Positions 38,788 to 48,745 of a DNA stretch of 64,000 nucleotides are shown here, in pieces. Origin of the DNA: an uncultured archaeon (GTDB lineage: Archaea; Asgardarchaeota; Thorarchaeia; Thorarchaeales; Thorarchaeaceae). Position 1 is the first letter of the stretch; every line of letters starts with the position of its first letter. The position numbers were made by a program, and so were the translations under genes. The DNA lies in the NCBI GenBank assembly GCA_964610875.1, contig CAZSWP010000018.1, forward strand, positions 1 through 64,000, in the 5' to 3' direction. The notes below the pieces were generated by a model. That model searched no databases, had not been told where the DNA came from, and saw only the letters and a list, made by a program, of their open reading frames with translations.

Positions 38788-39592
38788 AAGAAACCATATT
38801 TCTACTACGAACGCGCATCAGTAATTTCGGATAGAATCCGTCCTTTGAGAGGCATGTTGTCATTAACATGATTATCCATATAGATATGAGAAGTACTGGT
38901 GACGAGAGTGAAACAGTTGTTTCAAAGAGACTCCACGCTGCAAACAATACGATGACATGAAAGCCCCAATCATGGCCTCTTAGAAATCCAACTGCCGCGA
39001 TGAGATTTACAATACCGAGTATGATTACAATTGGGATATCTGGTATCTCCATAAACCATCCATACTGAAGGTCTGGTTCACCAAATGTATAGATAATCCA
39101 AGATCCTTGAAAGAGAAATATGCTCTTGATTATCTGGGCGAGAACAACGATCTGGAAAACTCGTAGTTGTAATAATCCAGCTTTTCTTGTGTCTGCAGGG
39201 TCGAATTTCGACAGCTCTTCAAAGCTGAAATAACCATCCTTTCTTACGATTGCCAGGAACAGTAATTCTGCAGTACAGAGAATTGCAATTAGGGCAAACC
39301 CTGTCATTGAAACTGCTGCTAGTGGCAGAACTATGTGGAATAGTGTGAATCCAGCTGCTATGCCCCATGCTTCAAATTTCATAGTCCAGAACCAGTAAGC
39401 GATGAATATTTCCAAGCTAGCAATTATGATTAGTATTGGACTCGTTGAAATGAATCCACCAATTGCGAAGAGAACAAGAGCTCTTAGAATATGTAGAATT
39501 GGAACAGCTAGAATTGAATTTGATTTTGGTCTTGTATACGCACTGTCGATTTGGACATGACATCCCAGTCTAATCAACTCCTTAGTTTTCAA
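38738..39592 (-). CDS. Multi-pass membrane protein with internal duplication
   Basis: Two similar TM halves (..EAWG.. and ..HDWG..). Confidence 0.6.
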   Translation of the reverse strand: MKTKELIRLGCHVQIDSAYTRPKSNSILAVPILHILRALVLFAIGGFISTSPILIIIASLEIFIAYWFWTMKFEAWGIAAGFTLFHIVLPLAAVSMTGFALIAILCTAELLFLAIVRKDGYFSFEELSKFDPADTRKAGLLQLRVFQIVVLAQIIKSIFLFQGSWIIYTFGEPDLQYGWFMEIPDIPIVIILGIVNLIAAVGFLRGHDWGFHVIVLFAAWSLFETTVSLSSPVLLISIWIIMLMTTCLSKDGFYPKLLMRVRSRNMVSSISQEIPQDTAPQEHL

Positions 39593-39926
39593 AAAAGCTA
39601 TGACAAAATCAAATAAGAAATCAATGGACTAAGCAGACATACTAAATACTTCGTGGAGTAAGCTTCCTAAAACAAAAGACAAGTGTGTGTATATGCATTC
39701 TCTATTTATGATTGAAGATGCCCAGTGAAAAAAGGATAATATGCAAATTCCACTTCCATTTCTTTTTTCCATAAGTGAATGTACTAATTTACCAAACTCA
39801 CTCCCATCAGGAAAACTATGTTCTCCACGCCCTCATCTTTCTGGGACTTCTAATATAAAACACACATAAGGGTTTTCTACAGAAATATGACAAGTGATAT
39901 AGACAAAATTCTGTGGTGGGAATTTT

Positions 39927-40564
39927 ATGATGCGTAAAAAATTGCTTCAGCATCTATCATTTCAGTTGCAGTTGTTATAGTAATTCTGATTGGATTAGGT
40001 GTTTCCTCCGAGGCGAATCTATCATGGAACATTGAAGATGGAGATGAACTCATTTATCGTATTAAAGGATCATATTCCTATGAACAACTGGATGAAGAGC
40101 CGATTTCTGTGACAGTTATAGAATTGCCATCAATACCAATAGTTATTTCTTCTTGGATCTTTGAGTCCTCTATTATTGCGTTCGAAAAGACATCTGTTTT
40201 GTTTGAGAATGGTTCAGATATTGGTCAGTATCAATATTTACCAAACACAATTATCTCAAGTTCACTACTACCGATTGGAGATTGGGAGTTAATTGAAAAT
40301 ATGTATCCAAATCCTGGGAACATATCTTACTCTGATTTCGGAACTAGAAATACATTTGCATCAAAGTATTATGATAATCACTTTATCCTAGAGTTTTATG
40401 GTTTTAGTGCCGACTCGTCCAACGGATGGAGTGCAAATATTTCACTGGATACAGGTGTCCCAAATCGCATTCAATTTTGGCAATACAAGATATTTTCTGA
40501 CAATGTGACGATAGTACAACCAGAGTATCATATTGTACTAGAATTAATCTTAGAATTGGAATAA
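39927..40564 (+). pseudogene. Secreted-type protein, frameshifted in an A6 run (pseudogene or read error)
   Basis: Adding one A at 39936-39941 joins MMRKK to IASASIISVAVVIVILIGLG... and ORF 40109-40564. LPIGDW resembles the 7872 family. Confidence 0.55.
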
Positions 40565-40755
40565 TCTATTCTTTATATGAAAGAAATTTTCGTTTAACAT
40601 GTCCGTATGATATAAGTATGGAAATTCAATCATGCCTTATGAGATTGTTTCTTTATGATGAATTATACCTACATTATGCGTTCATAGGACAACTAGATTT
40701 GACATACCCGTGAGATTCTTTACATCCTTGTTTTCATATGTCTATGTGAATTGCA

Positions 40756-41544
40756 ATGCCCTTTATTGATTTAGATGAATTCAAAATGCATTACCGAATA
40801 GTTGGTTCAGGTGACCCGTTGCTGCTTGTGCATGGGTTAGGTGGTGATAGTACATCGTGGGAATTTGTTGAACCACACTTGTCGAAAAACTACATGTTGC
40901 TGATTCCCGAGCTGCGTTGTCATGGGCTGTCAGGTTGTCCAGAAGGAATGCACACACCGGAGAATTTTGCGGAAGACATTCACAAGTTTGTAGAAGCCCT
41001 CGAGATTGAAAAACCACCAGTCATGGGAACATCGCTAGGAGGTATGGTTGTTCAACAATTAATACTCGATTATCCTGATACATTCTCCGCTGCAATACTA
41101 ATGGATACAACGCCTCAAGTAGATGAGCATCTAGTTGATCTTGTCTACGCTTGGAGGGAAGCACAAATTGAGGGTGGCGAGGAAGCTTACTGGTGGACTG
41201 CAACACAAGACACAGTTTCACCTGAGTATATCAAGAATAATCCTGAACGAATGGAATACCTGAAGACAAAGTTTCTCTCCAATGAGAATGAAACTGATGT
41301 GCTCTCAGTTCTGGGTTTCGCAACATTTGATGTGTTAGAGAGATTACCTAGCATAGAGATTCCTGTCTTTATAATTCATGGTGAGCTCGATAGGCTAATG
41401 CCTCCGGAGAGAGGAAAACTCATTCATCAGAGAGTTCCTAACTCAAAGTTCGAGATGGTCCATGGTTGTGCACACAGTCCAGACCTAGAAACGCCTGAAC
41501 TCCTTGCCACACTAGTCAGTGATTTTCTATCTGATGTTCTCTGA
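40756..41544 (+). CDS. Alpha/beta hydrolase
   Basis: Motifs LVHGLGG, GTSLGG, HGELD and AH. Confidence 0.9.
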   Translation: MPFIDLDEFKMHYRIVGSGDPLLLVHGLGGDSTSWEFVEPHLSKNYMLLIPELRCHGLSGCPEGMHTPENFAEDIHKFVEALEIEKPPVMGTSLGGMVVQQLILDYPDTFSAAILMDTTPQVDEHLVDLVYAWREAQIEGGEEAYWWTATQDTVSPEYIKNNPERMEYLKTKFLSNENETDVLSVLGFATFDVLERLPSIEIPVFIIHGELDRLMPPERGKLIHQRVPNSKFEMVHGCAHSPDLETPELLATLVSDFLSDVL

Positions 41545-41632
41545 TTTACGATTCCATTGTTGTTTGTTGCGCAAGTAGTAGTCATTTATAGTAAGTATGG
41601 GTTTAGAATAACTACTAGTATTTCAGAGTGAT

Positions 41633-42487
41633 GTGGAGGTCTTCTGTCTGAAGATTCGGACGATGAACCGTGATGAGGTTCAGTATGCTGTAAAATTGGC
41701 TTTAAACGAAGGATGGACAGTATCTACATACGATTTCAAAGAACTCATTCTTCATCATCCAGAAGGTTGTTTCATAGGAGAACTCGGTGGACGAAAGATC
41801 GCGATGGTGTTTGCTGTCCCATATTCTGATTTTGGTTTCATTGGCAATCTCATAGTTGAGGTGCCATACCGTGGAAAAGGTATTGGAATGGAATTAATGC
41901 GCCATAGCCTAAATCATCTTGAAAATCTGGGCATCAATTCAGTGATGCTTGATGCAGTCACTGCAGCAATCCCTCTTTACAAACGTCTTGGATTCAAACC
42001 GATTTGCAAATCTTTCAGGTTGGTATGTAATAGTGATGGTTACGTATCCCATAATGTTGTTCAGATAGATGAAGAAATCTTGAAAGAAGTAATATTATTG
42101 GACACCGAAATTTTTGGGGGCGACCGCACCGTATTCTTGGAATCGAGATACACAACATCTCCTCATTTGTGTCGCTTATTGCTAAATGAGGGAAAAATCG
42201 CTGCATATGTATTTGGAGCGCATACAAAAGATAGTATCAGACTCGGCCCCCTCGTTATCGTAGACAATTCAGTTTCTCCTCAAGAATTGGTCTACGACTT
42301 CTTCACACAGACGAATGACAAAGAAGTCTGGTTGGGATCTCTTGAAAATAACCATTATGCACTTAGTTTGCTCTCCAAAATTGGATTCATAACTCGTTCA
42401 TTTAGTTGCAGAATGCTATACGGGCCAACGACAACTGCAACCTTCTCTAAGAAACTTATAGCGATTGGTCATCCTGGTAGTGGATAG
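41633..42487 (+). CDS. GNAT acetyltransferase (YitH-like)
   Basis: Motifs YRGKGIG, AIPLYKRLGF, FGGDR and RLGP. Confidence 0.85.
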   Translation: MEVFCLKIRTMNRDEVQYAVKLALNEGWTVSTYDFKELILHHPEGCFIGELGGRKIAMVFAVPYSDFGFIGNLIVEVPYRGKGIGMELMRHSLNHLENLGINSVMLDAVTAAIPLYKRLGFKPICKSFRLVCNSDGYVSHNVVQIDEEILKEVILLDTEIFGGDRTVFLESRYTTSPHLCRLLLNEGKIAAYVFGAHTKDSIRLGPLVIVDNSVSPQELVYDFFTQTNDKEVWLGSLENNHYALSLLSKIGFITRSFSCRMLYGPTTTATFSKKLIAIGHPGSG

Positions 42488-42543
42488 ACTCTATGATATT
42501 CTTCACATAACTTGATAATGCCCTCAATTTTGGTTTATCCAGA

Positions 42544-42786
42544 ATGATCCGTATAATCTATCTTAGAAGTGGAGTTATTCTCTTATCGAAGAAAGCCTAT
42601 GCCGATTGGCTTAAAATCCAAGATGAATATACTGACTACATGACATCTTTGGGTCCATGGTCTCTCGAAGGTGTTCTAGACTTCTTTGAACAGGAATATG
42701 GTATGGATGATTCAAAGTGGGTATTTGCTCGTGAGCAGATAGAGTTCTTCTCAGAATCCAAAGATATGATACTAACTTCTGATTGA
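42544..42786 (+). CDS. Hypothetical protein
   Basis: Short ORF with plausible composition. Confidence 0.45.
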   Translation: MIRIIYLRSGVILLSKKAYADWLKIQDEYTDYMTSLGPWSLEGVLDFFEQEYGMDDSKWVFAREQIEFFSESKDMILTSD

Positions 42787-42820
42787 AAAAAAGATAGGGA
42801 GGGGTTTCCCCCTCTGTAAT

Positions 42821-44674
42821 TTAGAGAGTGAAACCTTCTCCAGTGTTTCCATCAAACTCCTGAGGAGTGTCTCCGCCACCGTGTGGATATGCAGATAATG
42901 CATAATCGAAGCAGGACTCCATCAGAGTGCCAGGATTACTTCCGAAGTGGTTGACGAGACCATATTCCAAGAAGTAGTAGGTCCACGCACCATTGTTGTG
43001 AGATGGATCATCATATCCATAACCATTTTCGGTGCAGGTTGTCGTCATGTAGACTTTCCCACTAATACCTAGGGCTTGAATCTCTGGAATCATTCCGCCA
43101 CTGTAACAATGGTCTATGAAGATGAAGATATCAGAAGCTTCACAGGGTGAGAAAATATTCGCAAGCTCTGTGTCATACAGATTTCCATCTTCTCCAGAAT
43201 CTCCACTATTGCTATCCCACATACATAGATAGGATGACCCATAGCCATTTCCAGAGCCATGACCTGAGGTGAGGAATGCAACTTGATCATCTGCATCTGC
43301 ACCAGATATCATCCAATTGAGTGATGATTTTACATTATATTCTGTTGCTTTGGCATAATAGGAAGGATAGTTGGATGTATGACCATCTCCTAATATTCGG
43401 ATGTTATCATAGTCCATCACATTGGTCAGGTAATTATACCAATCAGTAGCATCCTCATCACAATAGGAGAGGTCACTGATTGCTTCATAGTCACTTATAC
43501 CAACAATTACTGCCCACTTGGTGACAATACCGTCTCCATCACCGCCGCCGCCACCATCATAGGTGATAGTTACAGTGAGGTCGTAGGAACCTGAGCCACT
43601 ATAGGAACGGACCATGAAATACCATGTTCCTGCTCCTGGATTGTTAAACGTGACTTCTTCTCCGCCGCTTGTATATCCTCTCCAGTCGTATACACTGGTC
43701 GTTGGTTCTGCACCAAGTCGACCATAGAGGTCAAAGTCTGCTGAACCGCAAGTGAGTACAGAATACATGCTCAATGCATCAGGCTCTACCTCCATCGACC
43801 ACATCTCTGTTTCACCGGTTCCTGAGAGTGAGCTCGTTGAAGTAACACCATCTTCAAGTACGTTATCACCGCCACCACCACTATCATAGTCGATGGTCAC
43901 GGTTAGGTCATAGGGTCCAGAACCACTGTAAGAGCGTACCATGATATACCATGTACCAGCACCGGGATTATTGTAGGTGACTTCCTCTCCACCACTAGTA
44001 TAACCACGCCAATCATATGTACTCGTTGTAGGTTCCGCTCCAAGTCGACCATAGAGGTCAAAGTCTGCAGACCCACAGGTGAGTATCGACTCCATACTTA
44101 GAGCATCTGGACCAACTTCCATGGTCCACATCTCTGTAGCGCCAGTCGCTGACAAAGAGCTTGTAGCTGTGACTCCATTTTCAAGAACATTGTCACCGCC
44201 ACCACCGCCATCTCCTTCATATTCGATTTGGTCAATGGCGAAACCCCATTTTGTCACTGAATAGTCGGTATCCAGTCTAACTTTAATGGTGTCTCCATAA
44301 CTCCATGCAGTCCACCCACCGGATGAATATGTTCCTGTGAGTTTGTGTAATTGGCTGTTTGCATAATCATACACATAGAGGTAATCGTAATTATTCTCTA
44401 CCTCTATCTGTGTGAAATGCACTCTAATCTGACTTGCACCTGATTTTGTTATAGTCCAAGTATAATCAAAAGAATTGCTATACGGATGGTCTGACTCAAG
44501 CGAATATGACTCGACAGTCCGCACATCTCTTGTGTTTGAATCTTGGGTTAATCCTCTCTCTCTCGAATCAGTTGCCACTGGTGCAGCACTTCCTAGAACT
44601 GGAAGCATAGCTACACATAGCACTGTCAAAAAGAGCATCGACAAGATTGTCGCTTTTTTCATCTTTTGCACCAC
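42821..44674 (-). CDS. Secreted clan CD (caspase-like) peptidase with CUB and two PPC domains
   Basis: Signal peptide, CUB-like segment (EVENNYDYLYVYD..TDYSVTKWGF), two PPC repeats (DFDLYGR..GTWY), and the SGHG / DHCYSGG catalytic dyad. Confidence 0.85.
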   Translation of the reverse strand: MVQKMKKATILSMLFLTVLCVAMLPVLGSAAPVATDSRERGLTQDSNTRDVRTVESYSLESDHPYSNSFDYTWTITKSGASQIRVHFTQIEVENNYDYLYVYDYANSQLHKLTGTYSSGGWTAWSYGDTIKVRLDTDYSVTKWGFAIDQIEYEGDGGGGGDNVLENGVTATSSLSATGATEMWTMEVGPDALSMESILTCGSADFDLYGRLGAEPTTSTYDWRGYTSGGEEVTYNNPGAGTWYIMVRSYSGSGPYDLTVTIDYDSGGGGDNVLEDGVTSTSSLSGTGETEMWSMEVEPDALSMYSVLTCGSADFDLYGRLGAEPTTSVYDWRGYTSGGEEVTFNNPGAGTWYFMVRSYSGSGSYDLTVTITYDGGGGGDGDGIVTKWAVIVGISDYEAISDLSYCDEDATDWYNYLTNVMDYDNIRILGDGHTSNYPSYYAKATEYNVKSSLNWMISGADADDQVAFLTSGHGSGNGYGSSYLCMWDSNSGDSGEDGNLYDTELANIFSPCEASDIFIFIDHCYSGGMIPEIQALGISGKVYMTTTCTENGYGYDDPSHNNGAWTYYFLEYGLVNHFGSNPGTLMESCFDYALSAYPHGGGDTPQEFDGNTGEGFTL

Positions 44675-44816
44675 GCGAACTGGTCTAAAATTCTAAACCA
44701 GATAGCGCACGTTTTGCAATCCTATTTATATATATTACTGGTCAATTTTGCAGGCTGTAAAAACGCTTCGATTCCCATGAAATCTGCGTGACTATCACAT
44801 AAATTAGCATTTATTT

Positions 44817-45131
44817 TTAGAATTCCCGAATATCTTCTTCCAAACTTGATCTCAGGTCGGAAGCAAAACTGAACAATGTATCTTTGTCATTCTCACTGAA
44901 TCTACCAATCACTGTCTGGTTGGTAGTGATCAACACCTTTCCATTTTTGACAAATAGAGTGACTGTCTGGTCAATATATGTTCCCTCAACAACTGATTTT
45001 ATTGCTGGAAAAAGCGGATTGTTTTCCGATCCTCCGAATATATTCTCTTCATTCATTGTGGTGATGATACTGGAAGTGAAAGCAATGGGGAGAAAGAGTC
45101 TAGCTTGCGACGATCTTACAGTTTGCATCAT
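44817..45131 (-). CDS. Hypothetical protein
   Basis: Short ORF only. Confidence 0.35.
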   Translation of the reverse strand: MMQTVRSSQARLFLPIAFTSSIITTMNEENIFGGSENNPLFPAIKSVVEGTYIDQTVTLFVKNGKVLITTNQTVIGRFSENDKDTLFSFASDLRSSLEEDIREF

Positions 45132-45382
45132 TATCTCTCCAGTAATTTATGACCCAAAAGACACAGCCAGATGAAATGAAGATGATATATCTTTACCATT
45201 CAATGCCTCCTACCAAGTTGTGAAAAGTACAATATCAACTCGTCTTACTATGTTGTCCCTTCCTGAGAGTTTTCTACCTGTAGTAAGCATTCCCTCTGAC
45301 TTTATATGAAATTCGAGTGATTCTTAATTTTGAGAATCTAGTGTAGTCTTTATGAAGTTCCAATAGTTCGCTTCAATCGCGT

Positions 45383-46102
45383 TCAGTACCCCGTTACTGA
45401 TGAGAATATCCAAATCATTATGATAACTACAATACCTGCAGCAAGTGTTTTTAATCCATAGACTATCACATTCGTTCTTGATACCCGTCCTAAAAAGAGT
45501 CCAAGTCCAAATAGAATGACCATTCCAAATACCACTGATAATGTGAATGCAAATTCAATAGCCAGCCCAAAGAATACAAAATACAGTGGGATGGCAGTAG
45601 CGAGAGCTGCAAGAAATGGGGAAAGTCCATTGACCAATGATACCACCCAGGTTGTGGTCTTGGTTGCTTTCACAATAAGTGTGCCATCAAGACTAGCTAA
45701 CATTGACCTTTCAAGTTCCTCAATATCACGTTTTTGTTCAGCACCTTCAGTGAGGAATGAAGAAGTTAAACCTGAAACTAACATAGCGAAACTGGTAGCA
45801 AAGATAGCTAGAATTGACGTTTCAAATATCACAATAGGTTCTTTAAATGCTAGCGATACAAGTCCTCCCATAATGATTCCCAGTACAGGTAGTACCCCGT
45901 CGAATGCATTCATGGCAAGGTACCGTCGGGCTATTTCGATACCATGTGTGATGGCAAGTTGTGCTCTTACACGATCTAAGAAACCACATGTTTCATCTAG
46001 AGTAAGTGGGTCACATGGCTCATCATCAGACACTAATACTATCTCCATTTCTTCTAGGTCTATTCCGTAATAGAGTCTATCGCCACAGGCAATTAATTTC
46101 AA
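45383..46102 (-). CDS. VIT1/CCC1-like membrane protein
   Basis: Motif ARRYLAMNAFDGVL..G..TEGAE..LERSML. Confidence 0.8.
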   Translation of the reverse strand: MKLIACGDRLYYGIDLEEMEIVLVSDDEPCDPLTLDETCGFLDRVRAQLAITHGIEIARRYLAMNAFDGVLPVLGIIMGGLVSLAFKEPIVIFETSILAIFATSFAMLVSGLTSSFLTEGAEQKRDIEELERSMLASLDGTLIVKATKTTTWVVSLVNGLSPFLAALATAIPLYFVFFGLAIEFAFTLSVVFGMVILFGLGLFLGRVSRTNVIVYGLKTLAAGIVVIIMIWIFSSVTGY

Positions 46103-46192
46103 TTACTCTATTTCTCATATCTATATGGTTTTGCATCTATGACAGAGAACTGATAAGCTCATTCTCCTACACTCATACAACCGTTTGAAAGA

Positions 46193-46423
46193 TTGGAAGA
46201 ACAGACTATGACATGTTATTTCAGACACATGAAGGATGTATTCACTGATGTCGATATCGAAATTACAGCTGAGAACAAACGCGATGTTGATAGAGTAATT
46301 CACCAATTAGTAGGAGTAGAATATAAGAAATGTCCTGAAGCATGGAGAGCTGTCAAGGTTAAGCTTGCAGAGGATCGTGATGGGTTCATAAAGAGCCTTA
46401 AGACTGCTCTTGCTATGATCTGA
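46193..46423 (+). CDS. Small conserved hypothetical protein
   Basis: Pattern MTCYFRHMKD...VEYKKCPEAWRAVK. Confidence 0.6.
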   Translation: MEEQTMTCYFRHMKDVFTDVDIEITAENKRDVDRVIHQLVGVEYKKCPEAWRAVKVKLAEDRDGFIKSLKTALAMI

Positions 46424-46428
46424 CTCCA

Positions 46429-47718
46429 TTATGCATTTTTGAGATACTCACGAATTGAAATGGCTGCAGATGCACCTTCTCCTGCGGCAGCAATGGCTTG
46501 ATTTGTAGCACCAGCTCTACAATCACCTGCTGCAAATATACCACTAATGCTTGTGGTGTGAGCCGAATCAGTGATAATGAAGCCTCTCTCATCGAGTTCT
46601 ATCAACTCTCCAAGAAATGAGGTGTTTGGTTGCATTCCAATGAACACAAACACACCATCTGGTGCATACTCTTTTACTTTGTCATTTTCTTTATGTCGAA
46701 CGACTGCTGCTTCAAGATGATCCTTACCTTTTAACTCAATAATCTCTGAGTTCGTCCATATCTCAATACCTTCTCTATCCATGATCTTCTCTTGGTACAG
46801 AGGAGTTGCTCTAGCTTCTTCACTACGAATGATTATTGTGACATGTTCTGCAAATTTCTCCTTGAGATAGAGTGACTCTTCAAAAGCAGAATTACCTCCA
46901 CCTACAACAAACAGTTTTTTCCCTTTGTAAAATGCTCCATCACACGTTGCACAATAATGGACATTGATGCCGAGTAACTCTTGGGCACCTGGAACTGTAA
47001 GTTCTCGATACTTGCTTCCTGTGGCTATCAGAATTGCCTTACAATGAATCTCCGTTCCGTCAGATGTCTTGATTTTCTTATGTTGACATTTTGCAAATGA
47101 CCCCCCTTGTTCTGGACTATGACAAGGTCCAATCTCAACCACATAATATGGAACAAGAATCTCCACTCCAAATCGTTCGACTTGCTTTCTAAGATTCTCT
47201 GCAAATTGTTCGCCCGTTATACCCTCTGGAAATCCAGGATAGTTATCAAGTCGGTTCGTTACGAATGCCTGTCCACCTATTGTTGAGCTCTCAATGACTA
47301 AAACTTCGTAGCCATCCCGTTCAAGATAAAGGGCTGCGGTAAGACCTGCTGGACCTCCCCCTATGATGACGACATCATAGAAGTCAGTGGTGGCTTCTCT
47401 TGCAGTGCCCAGCACCATTGCCAGCTCAACGTTTGATGGTTCGATGAGTACTTTCTTCTCACCTTGGTTAATTATTTCTACCACTGGTATCTTTCTTTTA
47501 GCGACTCCAAAGACCTCTCTATTCTTTCTCAACACGTACCCATATGCCGCTCGAGCTGCAGGTGACTCTCCCTCAATGTTCCTCCACTCATAGTGTATTC
47601 TTTGTTCACCCAAGTATTTCTTTGTTCGACGGCAGTCTGAACACCAGTTAGCTCCATAGATAATTATCCTTGGATTGCTCATTGTCATATTGACACCTGT
47701 ATTGTTCCGCTTTCTCAT
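46429..47718 (-). CDS. trxB: Glutaredoxin-like domain fused to thioredoxin reductase
   Basis: N-terminal WCSDC, then GGGPAG, CATCDG, GGGNSA and FAAGD. Confidence 0.9.
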   Translation of the reverse strand: MRKRNNTGVNMTMSNPRIIIYGANWCSDCRRTKKYLGEQRIHYEWRNIEGESPAARAAYGYVLRKNREVFGVAKRKIPVVEIINQGEKKVLIEPSNVELAMVLGTAREATTDFYDVVIIGGGPAGLTAALYLERDGYEVLVIESSTIGGQAFVTNRLDNYPGFPEGITGEQFAENLRKQVERFGVEILVPYYVVEIGPCHSPEQGGSFAKCQHKKIKTSDGTEIHCKAILIATGSKYRELTVPGAQELLGINVHYCATCDGAFYKGKKLFVVGGGNSAFEESLYLKEKFAEHVTIIIRSEEARATPLYQEKIMDREGIEIWTNSEIIELKGKDHLEAAVVRHKENDKVKEYAPDGVFVFIGMQPNTSFLGELIELDERGFIITDSAHTTSISGIFAAGDCRAGATNQAIAAAGEGASAAISIREYLKNA

Positions 47719-47814
47719 CAGGGAAAAGTATTGTCATCATGACCTTTCCCACTTAATTTCGATGAGCGCACATCTCTTCTAAGAGATGAATCCATCCTTA
47801 GGTTTGTAATTAGA

Positions 47815-48276
47815 ATGGCAAAGCTCGAACAATCTGGTGTCTTTCTGTTATCCGATAGTTTTGAGTCAACCACTCAATTCTATGAAAATATACTATCCCC
47901 GGTGCCGTTGCTGGGCTGACAACATTGGACTACCATGTCTAGGTTACAATCAACGGTTGAGTTTGGTTCATTTGGCTTCTGAATATATAGCTCGACCAAG
48001 TAAATATGCCTGAACCTTGGTTCAAGGAAAAAGTGTCTGAGAATTACTTGAACTACTTAGAGAAAGGTGTTATTGATTCACTACCGTTATGCTCCCAATG
48101 TGATAATCCCTTTTCAAACGGATGATATTCAGGAAATACACAAGCAAATCTTTGAGAGAAAACCTAAACCCGAATTCATCACGGATATCCTGCGAGTCAC
48201 TTTCAGCATTCCTTACTCGTTCTTCGAATTCGCCAACCCAGAAGGAAACATGGTAGAGGTTTTTCAATTCACCTGA
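47815..48276 (+). pseudogene. VOC/glyoxalase-family pseudogene containing an element remnant
   Basis: The N-terminus ...STTQFYENIL and the C-terminus FEFANPEGNMVEV are separated by an element end, stops and frameshifts. Confidence 0.6.
47898..47956 (+). mobile_element. Solo right end of the IS607-like element
   Basis: CCCGGTGCCGTTGCTGGGCTGACAACATTGGAC..CATGTCTAGGTTACAATCAACGG aligns with 24660-24728, lacking one 10-bp unit. Confidence 0.85.
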
Positions 48277-48310
48277 TGTGCTCTTTCAAATACTTGAATG
48301 ACATACAACT

Positions 48311-48595
48311 TCATGCCATTTTGAAAAATGTTCTAGGCTGGTCGTGTATCCGTTTGTAGTCTATATGAAGTTCAGTTAATCTATCTTTATTTGCATGGTA
48401 GAGTGGTTTTCTCATATCCTGCAGATTAGGAATCTTCTTACACAATTTATATGCCAAAAGTTGCTTTAGTGCGAAAGAAACGGTTCTCTCAGGTATTTCC
48501 GATCTCTCTCTAATTTGTTTTGGAGTTAATGGTCCTTCAGCAACCAACCTGCTCAATATTTGTATGGAGCTATTTGCTAACGCTTCAACCTTCAT
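48311..48595 (-). CDS. Winged-helix DNA-binding protein
   Basis: Motif GPLTPKQI...PERTVSFALKQL...PNLQDMR. Confidence 0.8.
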   Translation of the reverse strand: MKVEALANSSIQILSRLVAEGPLTPKQIRERSEIPERTVSFALKQLLAYKLCKKIPNLQDMRKPLYHANKDRLTELHIDYKRIHDQPRTFFKMA

Positions 48596-48690
48596 TTTGA
48601 TTTCAACTCTAAGCTACTCCTCTACAACTCAACGTTCTCTCACTTTTTACACTATTATTATGTAAAAAATCGTAATAAATCTTCTGTTTA

Positions 48691-48713
48691 TGTTACACGT
48701 AATTAGTGTAACA
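48691..48713. promoter_or_regulatory. Palindromic operator candidate between divergent regulators
   Basis: Perfect 8-bp inverted repeat TGTTACAC-N7-GTGTAACA. Confidence 0.55.
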
Positions 48714-48745
48714 AAGTTTTTATTCATTGGGAGTACTGTTTCTGC

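Noticed and set aside
43540-44210. ~330-bp direct repeat pair
   Set aside because: Explained by the duplicated PPC domains within the peptidase gene.
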